NCBI GenBank assembly: GCA_963924565.1
Contig: OZ004610.1
Coordinates: 8,618,001 to 8,682,000, forward strand
DNA length: 64,000 nucleotides
Reading direction: 5' to 3'
Source: Ascidiella aspersa
Taxonomy: Eukaryota
Shown: positions 27,225-36,810 of the stretch, one piece after another
Layout: each line of letters starts with the position of its first letter
How positions within the stretch are numbered: the stretch's first letter is position 1
Translations under genes and position numbers: made by a program
Notes under the pieces: generated by a model
The model's database searches: none
Seen by the model: only the letters and a program-made list of their open reading frames with translations
Told to the model about the DNA's origin: nothing

Positions 27225-30003
27225 GCATGCATAAAAGTTACCGGACAAACCGGTTCACGAAAACAAAAAAGAAAAAAAATGAACCTCAAACAGGAACATA
27301 CATTAGCTCACTTTAAGACAAGCTCGGAAGTCGATTAATTTCAACTTTTAAAACGTCTAAAGCTGTTAATCCAATAAGTAAAATATCAGAAGAACTTTGC
27401 CAATCAGATTTCCAACAGTGTTGGCGCATTATATTTTGACTTGGCTATTTTCGACAGAACTCCACGGTTTTCATGGGCAAGCGAGCCTCCAGCTTCGTAC
27501 ACTGGGCCAAGCATCATCCGTTCAACATCCCACAGCGGAACAAGATAGCCCTGGCCGTTTCATTAAAGGGTGGTCAGAAGCATATGCTCGATGTGATGCC
27601 AAATTCTAGCTTTTACCCTCTCTGCGAGCAACAACTGAGAGGTAAAGAACCTAGGGGCTCACTGTACGTCGGTCCCATAGCTGTAAGAAATAAATGAGTG
27701 CGGGTTGCGAGCGCTGGGATCGAACCAGCAACCTCATGCATGCGCCGAGTTAGGTTACGATCTGATGTCGCTGCTGCGATATCCGGATTTCGAACTGTTT
27801 GGCATTTTTCTTGGAAACACTGCTTCTGTATTATGGAAAGTAACATAATTGAGCCATGTTACAGCAGTGTTGTAAACAAGTCTTTTTAAAATGGCTCCCA
27901 GCAGTCAGGTCATTCGTGAAATAATTCAAGTCCATGTCAAATCCTTTCAAACAATAACTTGAAGTCAAATCACTGCTATAAAAATACAACGATAAATTTG
28001 TAAAATTAGTAAACTCGGTCGATAATGAGCAATACGCCAACTACAAAATAACGAAAACGCAACATAAAGCAAGCAAATTGTTTTGTGTGCAAAAATTAAT
28101 ATAGATAGCTCAGTTTTATAATGAAATGTTAAATGATAACACTTAATTTCAACCCAGGTTTTGACTCTAAGATGTATTGCCAAGTCAAGTCATTTGCAAA
28201 AAGACTTGAGTCAAGTCATTGAAATCATTAGTGACAGGCCGCTGAGCTGGACTATTAAAACTCTTGGATGGCTTTTTGGACTTAAGTGCACGTGCAATCA
28301 AGCCCGCAATTGTTTTGCAAGCATTCGTACAAGTAGCGACATATACAACCACGGAAGTAATCGCTGCTCTTATTGGAACCGACTTTTTCTAGTCATTATT
28401 TCTCAGAAAAAAACATTTATTGCCCTTTATAGTAAACGTGGTAATTTTCGAGAAAATAGTTGTGCGTTCCTACTAAGTAAAAGGGCGCACAGTTTCTTTC
28501 TAAATGCCCCTTTTTTCGGGTATTAGTGAAAACAAAAGTTGTAGCATTCAACGAAATTTAAATGAAATATGTTTTTAGATAATCACAGTTTTTAGTGTTT
28601 AAAGTCCAATTTGTTTCCTGTGTGACCAAGTTTCTTAAAAACTAACCATGTCAAACTTTATTGCCGAACATAGAAAAAAATCTAAAAATGTTTTACTTCA
28701 AGGAAAGCTCACAGTTTAAATACAAGCCTTTAATTACGTCTCACCTCGTTTCGCGAGAGACGGCTTTTCCGAATGAAGCGCCGAATGTTGTTCCAAAACG
28801 ATTGCTACGTTTTTACCCACTGTACAATATTAACCACTTGCTACTTTTTGTAACGCTTTTTGCCCTTTAGCATGCTGATGCGTTGTCACACCAGTCGCGA
28901 TCCCTTTGCGTTTTGAACAGCGCCCCTGTTGAAAAGTATCTAAGAGTGTGTGTTAAAAAATATTCGTGCTATAAAGCTTTGAGTGTAATGTCAAAACAAT
29001 TACTACAAGCTTTTAAAATACAGGTTTAAAACACAGGTTTAAAACACAACCCTGAAATGAACCATGTGTAGCTGTTTTCCAAATCGCATTTTTTTCCATA
29101 TTTTAGTTTGCGAAGGCGTCCTCTACCTGTCGCGCTGCTTTTTCCTGCTGGATTCCCGCGGCATCCCGGACATGAAGACCTTCAGCAACGCCCAACAGGC
29201 CTGTCGGGCCAAGCAGGGTAAACTGGCCCTTATGGACAGCGCCGTGGTGTACGACACCGTGTACGAGTTCGTACTCAACAACTCGCACGATTTTCTGCAC
29301 ACACAGCATGAGTTTGTTGTCGCCTGGACAGGAGCTCTGTATACGGTGAGTTACAAAGTCTTGCGATTGTAATGGTTTAATTAGGTCATGGGTCACCAAA
29401 TACGACTCGTAGCATGTCTTAGCCCATTTTTTTTTTGGTAACGATATAAAGGCGTTTTGCGCTTTTCAAGAAATAATATTTTCTTTGTAATATAGCCTTT
29501 GTATTGAAAGCAAGACCTCTCCAACCTAAAACTTCAACAAAATATACGAACTGTGTGGTGTTCTTAAGGTTAGTTTTTGTAACGCCACGTTGGACTTAAC
29601 TTTGTGACGTCAACTTTTGACGTTACTTTATTACGTCACGTTACACGTAACTTTGTGACGTTATCTCCAAAAACACGTCATGCCCCCCCCCCCCCCAACA
29701 AAGATGTCCCAAATCCGCCTAACATTTACTTGCATTGCACAAAGATAGGTTCCCACACTGATAGGATATCGAATAAAATGTATACACTCGCATAACACAA
29801 TCCAAAACTTGACGCAGAACTCAACTCTCTACCTCGGCGAGCGAGTTTCTCCCTTCGTACGTTGGGCCAAGTACCTCCCGGTCCAGTCGCCAAGCAACAC
29901 GCGCGTTGCCATGGCAGTGGCGCTGGAGCCAGACCGCCGGGACATGATTAACGCACGTCCGACTTCCAAGTTTTATCCGCTGTGCGAGAAGACGGTGCGG
30001 TAA
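21561..30003 (+). CDS. Secreted lectin: signal peptide, Cys-rich N-terminus, coiled-coil neck and two tandem C-type lectin-like domains (360 aa, 6 coding exons)
   Basis: Exons 21561-21762, 22504-22536, 26705-26943, 27458-27641, 29107-29345 and 29818-30003 join in phase (1,1,0,1,0) into 1083 nt. Signal MHKSTLLALVLAGHCLICAA; neck VARLEKRVERLSEALRKVKTETK. CTLD pattern C..GRCFF..A..AC....AHLA..WTG...W......YPLCE occurs twice. AATAAA at 30259. Confidence 0.85.
26960..27230. repeat. CA/TA-rich low-complexity tract with a (TA)n microsatellite, in a lectin intron
   Basis: acacacat/atatatat runs; (TA)n at ~27188-27218. Source of the spurious ORFs 26778-27248 and 26918-27289. Confidence 0.9.
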
Positions 30004-30340
30004 GAGGCGGAAACGAGGATTTTGAAAGAGTAATTTGCGGAAAACGGACGAAGGGCGTTTAAAGACGACGCTCGCCTGAAGAAAGGTTCCGAACAAAAAC
30101 GATTGTTTACCGGAAAAGTTTTTTTTTTTTTTTTTATTTGTATGTGTTTTTGTGTGAGCAGTTCGACTGTATCGTTGTAAGTATTCTATGCGTGTCAAGA
30201 ATTTTTTTCTTTTTTTATACTGTATTTATTGAGTTGACATTTGCGATCGCAAAGCTAAAATAAACGCACTTTCATATGAATTTTTATTTTAGCTGAGCCA
30301 AATTAAACCTTTCAAAAATATAACTTGGAATAGTTTAAAG

Positions 30341-31474
30341 CAAGGGTCTCAAACACGCGGCCCGCGAGAACATTTTGTGCGGCCCATGTCGAAGTTTTGG
30401 ATTTTCAAGTATTTGACAATACTCAAGTGCCACATATCTTTTTTCAGTTTTGAAAAGTTAAAGTTCCCTCTAAAAATGCCCCAAAAAACTGAAACTAATC
30501 ATTAAACTTCACCATCCATTCTCCATTAAACGTTAACATTTATGCGGTGAAAGATCTGCTATTACGTCACATTGCCTATTCACATCTGTAAAGTTGTCAC
30601 AATAACGTTGGAAACTGCGCCGGCCAGGTGTTAGTCAAAATGGTCATAATGTTCAAATTGATTGTCGAGGTGTAGGCTAGCCTAGTATTGAATTAACCTT
30701 GTCTTCTGCTTCGAAAATGAGTGAAATCACAGACGAAAATAAAGTTTTTTAAGATAAAAGTAGGAGGAGTTATATTTTGTCACCGCGGTCAGAGATACTA
30801 GTCATTGCCTTATTTGCCAGCAAAAAATAACGGCGCTCTTTCACTATTGTATGTAAAAATTTTTTTTCAAATACCGCATACCACAACACGTATTGTTTGG
30901 GTTAGGGTGCGGGTTAGCGTTTGGTTGAGGGTGGGTCAAGTTATTATTAATAATAAACATAATATTACTTGACCCACCCTCACCCAAACGCTAACCCGCA
31001 CCCTAACCCAAACAATATTCGTTGTGGTATGCGGTATTATTATTTTTTTTTTCCATAACTTTTCACGTACAATAGTGAAAGAGCGCCAAAATAACTGTGA
31101 TGAAGGAGTACAGTAAAACATGTGTCGGCACTTCGAAACAATGCACCGCGATAAATATGATGCTTACCAGGACAAAGTAAGAGACAGAGACAACTAGAAC
31201 CAGCATTTTGCAAACAAAAAGGTTTCTTGGCCAATATTAGGCAGTCCACATCTACAAGCAACTCTGAGGTTAGTTTCTGCTGACAAGTTGAAGGCCCAAT
31301 ATCGAGGTCCTTGTCCATGAAAAAGCTGCCAGTTATAGCCAGAACAAACAAAAAACTAGTCTAAATCATCAGCCTATTGTTCTTGTTGGTTGACATTTCA
31401 TTGTAAATTGCGGCCCTTGGGCATTTTGCACGTCCTCATTTGGCCCCCAGAGCAATTTGAGTTTGAGACCCTTG
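30341..31474 (+). mobile_element. Internally deleted hAT (Charlie/Spin-type) transposon with transposase remnants
   Basis: TIRs CAAGGGTCTCAAAC / GTTTGAGACCCTTG; 8-bp TSD GTTTAAAG at 30333-30340 and 31475-31482. Decayed coding remnants: BED-finger-like CLICQQKITVMKEY..NMCRHFETMH (after removing the nested MITE) and a C-terminal-like PNIEVLVHEK..CQL. Confidence 0.85.
30832..31087. mobile_element. Fold-back palindromic MITE nested inside the hAT element
   Basis: Almost the entire 256 bp is an inverted repeat (GGCGCTCTTTCACTATTGTA...TACAATAGTGAAAGAGCGCC) with internal GGGTTAGGG-like motifs. Perfect 8-bp TSD AAAATAAC at 30824-30831 and 31088-31095. Confidence 0.9.
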
Positions 31475-31482
31475 GTTTAAAG

Positions 31483-31819
31483 CAAGAGTCACCAAACTAC
31501 GGCCCGCCGGTTTAATTATTCCGGCCCGCGGGATATTTCCGAAAACACAGTTATTAGTAGTTTTAGCAGAAATGTTTGATACAAGCCAAACTATAGTTTT
31601 AATTTTGGTGAAATGTCAACTGAGTCAAGATTTCATAAAGCTTACTCTCTACTTTGGTGAATAATTGTGTATGTTTTCTTCCTTTAGTAATTATCAAGTG
31701 AAATAGGTTAGAACGTTTATATCCCACCCGCGACCTTCAATATCTACAGTTATCCGGCCCGCTTTTGCCAATTTTTAAAGTTATCCGGCCCTTTGCGAAG
31801 AAAAGTATGGTGAACTCTG
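31483..31819. mobile_element. Second hAT MITE inserted in the same target site
   Basis: Ends CAAGAGTCACCAAAC / GTATGGTGAACTCTG, with CCGGCCCG subterminal motifs. Flanked by GTTTAAAG (31475-31482) and GTTTAAGG (31820-31827). Confidence 0.8.
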
Positions 31820-33784
31820 GTTTAAGGTAACACTGTTAAAATATTTTCCTAAATTTTAGAACAAGAAATTAATTTTAGAACAAGAATTAAATGTTAACTA
31901 AAAATCGAAAGAACTGACGTCGTTAACACTAGAGCAAAGGTCATTAACATAAACGCACGATTCACGTGGATAATTGCGTTAATTGCTATGTGGAAGCAAG
32001 ACTTCGCTCCAGTATCGGCTTCCCATATTTAACCGCAACGTATTGACCAAATCCTGGTAGTCAACCACGCTAGTCCGGTAATTGTGTGTGAATTAGGGTC
32101 AGAATGACTTTCTCTATATCGTGGGAACAAATTTCGAATGACGTCAGGATTTTAAAACAGGGTTTGGTTGGATCATAACGTTTTGACGTAAGATAGGCTA
32201 CAATCGCTACATGAATATGCTGATGCTGCCAGGCATTATTTCAATTCAATTGCTCTTCCAGGAAAATTTAATTAAAGTGCCAACGCCTCGACCACCTATT
32301 CCGTAAGAAGATTGCCCAAATATTGGTAGTCGAAACGTTGGCACTTATTGTACAATAGGCTACATATCATTAAAAGTTGTATAGGGCACGAAATTTATGT
32401 TCATTGGTAACAGTTTGGGATTTTAAGGTTTGGTTTATGACTAGTAACTTGTTTGTGACAACGCGGATAATAATTTCAGCCAAGTGATAAGCAGTGTTTT
32501 TCACTTTCCCAATAAGGCGTTAGTACATCGGAGGTGTCCTGATCAACCGTTAAAAGAATATCGGAGATCATTTGTTACCGTTTCGCAAAACACCTTAGAA
32601 AACACTCGGAACAAAATATAAACAATGTTTTTTAAATTCAAAAAAATGGTTTCCCCCACAAAGCGGTCAACTAATAACATACTTTCAGGAAAAATTGTTT
32701 CCGTTGTTCGTGTTTTTGGCTTTATTTGTAATGTTCGTTGTTGTGGCTGTTTTTGGTCGTTTTATACTTTTGTGTTTTGTTACGTATTAATTTTAAATTT
32801 GTCGTGTAAAATAGACGAGCTAAAAAAAAAAAATAAGTAAGCTTAATTTTAAAACCGCTTGGAAATTCCCCATATCAGTTTGTAAAACTTTTTAACGACA
32901 AAAATAAAGCATTACCCCAAAAGGTCAGATATTCAGCCGTCTGTTTCCAGGCCGTTAGACTACACATTGCGATGGAGGCAGATGTGGAATCAGGTTGCAC
33001 AATCTTTATACAAACATAAGTCAAGGATTTAGATAAGCCCACGTTTACTGAGCTGACACACCTGAAATAAAGCATGTTAAACCTGGCCATCGGGCTTGGT
33101 AAGCCGGAGCATTTAAGATTTAAAAATCTTTGTGCTATATCCACAAGAGAGACAATTATTTATTAAAATAAACAAAAAACAACAGCAATCCAGTATTTAT
33201 GACTGTACTTATGAAATGACGAATTTAAAACGAATTTACCCGACTCTAAACAGAATGACGACTGCCTTATTTCGACATAAAATACAGGCGCTTACACAGC
33301 ACGTATCAGGTAACAATTTTATTTTTTTACTGACAATTATTCCTACTTTTTTTACTGAAAATATTACTAATCAATTGTCAGAAATATACCTGTAAAAATT
33401 CTGCAAAAACCAGTAAGGCCAAATAGATAACGAAATGACCAGTTTTTCAAAGTATATTTATTCAAAGAGTTTGCGCCCAGTTTTCCTGTCCCAAACTTAC
33501 CTTACATTTGACTTTAAAGGCTTACGTCATGCACTGTTGTAAGACAGAATATATGCGTCGTAAAATGTCACAATTCGGCAAGTTCTAGAGGCATTGTCCC
33601 CAACTTTGGTTATTATCTGCAAGCAACAGATTCTTAATTTAACGAAGGATAAAAAAGGGATGAACGACAATGAATCCTAATTATCTTTGCAAGATACTAT
33701 CAATCTGTAAGGTTAGACAATAATGTGTTATTGTGCTAGTATTCAAAACATATTAAATTTAAGCTCGTTAGCAGTTGATGTTAG

Positions 33785-33945
33785 ATCTACCTAAGCAATT
33801 GCTATCCTGGTTGTTTGTCGACGTGCTCCCTTTTGAGCTTGTGTAGTTCAGTTGATGGAGCGACGTTCCCGATATCACCGAGGTCGTGAGTTCGAACCTC
33901 ACCGCCAGATAGTTGTTTTTCTAGCCTTCCTTGCTTCATGATCGA
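33785..33945 (+). mobile_element. tRNA-derived repeat (SINE-like), degenerate copy
   Basis: A-box-like TAGTTCAGTTGATGG, T-arm GTGAGTTCGAACCTCAC, then GTTGTTTTTC. Homologous, including its flanks, to the copy at 53087-53289. Confidence 0.7.
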
Positions 33946-34898
33946 CTGGTCCGGATAACAAGTCAAAGGCATCCGGTGTGGATTTACTTACTAACATTTT
34001 CGAAAGGGGTGTTAAAAACTCTGCCTTTTTCCACATCATAGATTTGTGGACGTTTTCTATCAGCCGTGCTTTTCTGATCTTCCAATGCAAAATTTTCAAC
34101 CCATAGGTCGCAAACCAAAATTGTGTGACCTTTTGATTTAGTTGAGTCGCAGACTGCAGTGATTTTTATGGTTTGAATTATTAAGATTGGTCCAATGTAA
34201 GATTTATTCAAAATTTGAGATAATTGTGGAAAAGAACGAAGGCATGGCTTATTATAATTAAATTCAAATTGTTTTATGCTATATTTGATATAATATTTAT
34301 CCTCTTATAAAAAGTCCAGTTAAAGAATTGTGTCGCCAAAGCTTCGCTCTCATATTTACGTTAAGTATTTGGGTCGCTGAGCGAAAAAGGGTCGAGAAAC
34401 AATGTTTTAATGAGACGAGCAAGTTTTCCGTTGAACTTTATGTCACCATGCAATATTTATTGCAAATTGTCCTCGTTTCGTTTTATTTCAATACGAAGCA
34501 GTTGGAAAAACGAGGTCTCGGAAACTATGCGTTTATTGCTTGGTTTTTCTGCGTATTGGTAATGATAATGGAAAATGGGCGCGGCGAAAGCAAAAGTGCA
34601 CAGCAACGCGAAAAACGAAACAGTGATAACAATCCAAGACTGGTTGCTGTTTTCGGGATAAAAATAGGACTTACAGGCGTTACTCAAGCTGATGTTGACA
34701 CGAAAAATCAGAAACATGGCAGGAATTATGGATACAATTGTTCGGCCGACAAATATTTTTACGTGTTGCTAGTGTATGTAGTTTTCGCCGAGTTGCAAGG
34801 TAATTGTCTTTACGAAGATTAGCTGAATAGGTCACCGAAACGTTGGACAATTAATAAAAAAGTATTTGTCGAACAAACAATTGTCTAATAGATACAAT

Positions 34899-35194
34899 CA
34901 GGGCTGCGGAGTCGAGTAAGACTGCGTAAAACCACCGAGTTCAAAGAGTCCCGACTACAAGGTGGGTGTGCACATTACTAATTTTCGAAACTGCAAACTG
35001 TAAATTGTTGTAAAAGTGTAACAGCAAATGGTGGAATATTTTCCAACCATGTATTGTGGGTGGATAAACTATATGACACCTTTAAATGCGGATTGCTTAC
35101 TATCCACCTTATTTTGATTACGTAAATAGGTGAAATACAGGCTATAGAGTCGGAGCCGAACTCGGGTTATTTTTTTACCGACTTCGCAGCCCTG
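34899..35194. mobile_element. hAT-type MITE inserted in the TM5 region of the GPCR relic
   Basis: TIRs CAGGGCTGCGGAGTCG / CGACTTCGCAGCCCTG; perfect 8-bp TSD GATACAAT at 34891-34898 and 35195-35202. Confidence 0.9.
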
Positions 35195-35945
35195 GATACA
35201 ATGCCTGACACCGACAGTATATTCATGGCAGGAATTACACGCATATACAACATATTTTACTAAACAGTAGCATACACACAATAATACATTGTTTAAAGGA
35301 TATATAAAACAGTAACAGTTGGATGATTCGTTTGTTATGTTGGCTACGATTCAGATAGAAAATAAAGTATGTGCACTTTTGACGCCACACAATCTAACGC
35401 GATTATTGAACAAAACATGGCGGCCAAACACGGTGTCCAGTGGGTGTGACAACTTATGGAGAGGTACCGCTGAAAAAACGACGGTAGAAAAAATTTAAGT
35501 GCGTCGATGGGTGAAAAATTTGGGAAACGCGAACGGCGTAAAACATGGCAACGGAAGAAAAAATCGGTCGAATATGCGTTGGTATAACAGCATACAACAT
35601 GGATCATAATATTTCAAAGCCTACGGTCAGGTTATTATAGGCCTTGTAACAACACTATAACAAAACGGTGTTTTAAAGCAATCAAAGCGTGCAAACCATT
35701 GCTTACGATTTAAAACAAACTTTACTACGGCGATTTAAAGTTAAGTTAGTTTCGGCTGGCAAGTCGCTATTTTCTAAAACAAAATTCCACCAATACCACG
35801 ACTTTAAACCGGGTATCTGCTACGAGCCAGATAATATCGGAAATACTAGTGTGAATTGATAAAATTGATAGAAAAATAGGTAGAGGCAGCAAACAGAACG
35901 TTCACTTTAATCACATGCTAACGGGTTTTGGAGTGGATTGTTTAG

Positions 35946-36404
35946 CAGTGGTTTTCAATTGTTCTAGTGCCGTTAACCAACATTTTAGTCTGTAACTGAA
36001 CACTAAAATTTACTCTATTAGAAAGCTGGATACAATTTTTCGCTTCTCAGCTGTCAAATTGAAGTAGGGATATTTGCTTTTCAGCTGTCAAATTGAAGTA
36101 GGGATGACCGATAATATCGTACCGAAGCAAATACCTGATTTCAAGTGGTAGTACCGGTACTCGCCCGATACTTGGGTGTATTGGTGCCCACCCGATGCAA
36201 AATTGCTATGGGAAATTTAGCCTTTATTTACTATCCAACAAAGTAATTCTACCCTTAAAGGTAAATTCATCAAAAATAGTAGGTTACCAATTTGGGGGAA
36301 CTAAACTTGTAACGCTAAAGCAAAGTTTCACCAAATAACCTGCAAATCAACAAAACATCTAATATCGTTTTTAAAATTTCCAGTCATAGTTTTAAGAACC
36401 ACTG
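35946..36404. mobile_element. Old hAT MITE with a nested CCGATA-family fragment
   Basis: Ends CAGTGGTTTTCAA / TTAAGAACCACTG; TSD is degenerate. Internal TAGGGATGACCGATA...CCGATAC motifs. Confidence 0.55.
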
Positions 36405-36810
36405 CTGTATGGGATAAAATCCCACACAATTTGAGTTGAAACCAGAAATGGTTACAACTCTTTGCACTGCCATCGTAAGACCAGCAACTAAATACATTTT
36501 AGAGTCGCTTCATGCATTTAAAACCATACAAAAGTTGAAGCGACAAGTTTTTAAAGGTCTTACGGCTGCTTTAACTTTTACGCGAAAAAATCGCAAGAAA
36601 ACAAGAAAGGCGCTTACGAAAAGGGCATACTGAAGACGTCGAAATGACTGGAACTAAACGCGAAAACAAAAAACTGCAAATTTGCGAGAAAATCGTGTAA
36701 CAAAGCAAAAACCGTCGCAAAACAGCGGAGAACTTTACGATAAGAGCTGCGAATTACGAAGGTGTTAAACTTGAACCTTCACACATCTTCTACTGAACCT
36801 TATTGTTACG

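Larger units (their letters stand above)
34457..36520 (-). pseudogene. Decayed, apparently intronless class-A (rhodopsin-like) GPCR
   Basis: Helix-like segments appear in the correct order across frameshifts and stops. TM1-like MYLVAGLTMAVQRVVTISG (~36497); TM2 SISDIIWLV (~35840); TM3 FFQRYLSI (~35470); TM4 LAAMFCSIIAL; ECL2 NCYCF; TM5 VKYVVY/VIPAMNILSVSGIVSIRQLFVR (~35230); TM6 RRKLHTLA/KIFVGRTIVSIIPAMFLIF (~34720); TM7 WIVITVSFFALLCTFAFAAPIFHY (~34580). Interrupted by two hAT insertions. Confidence 0.55.

Noticed and set aside
26778-27289. Long minus-strand ORFs rich in Y/I/V/C
   Set aside because: These are translations of the CA/TA microsatellite tract.
34328-34822. 164-aa plus-strand ORF
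   Set aside because: No recognisable motif; best explained as the antisense shadow of the GPCR relic.
35411-35560. YY1/ETS-like promoter motifs AACATGGCGGCC and ACGGAAG
   Set aside because: They coincide with GPCR-relic codons (LAAMF, SSVAMF) on the opposite strand, and no plus-strand gene follows.
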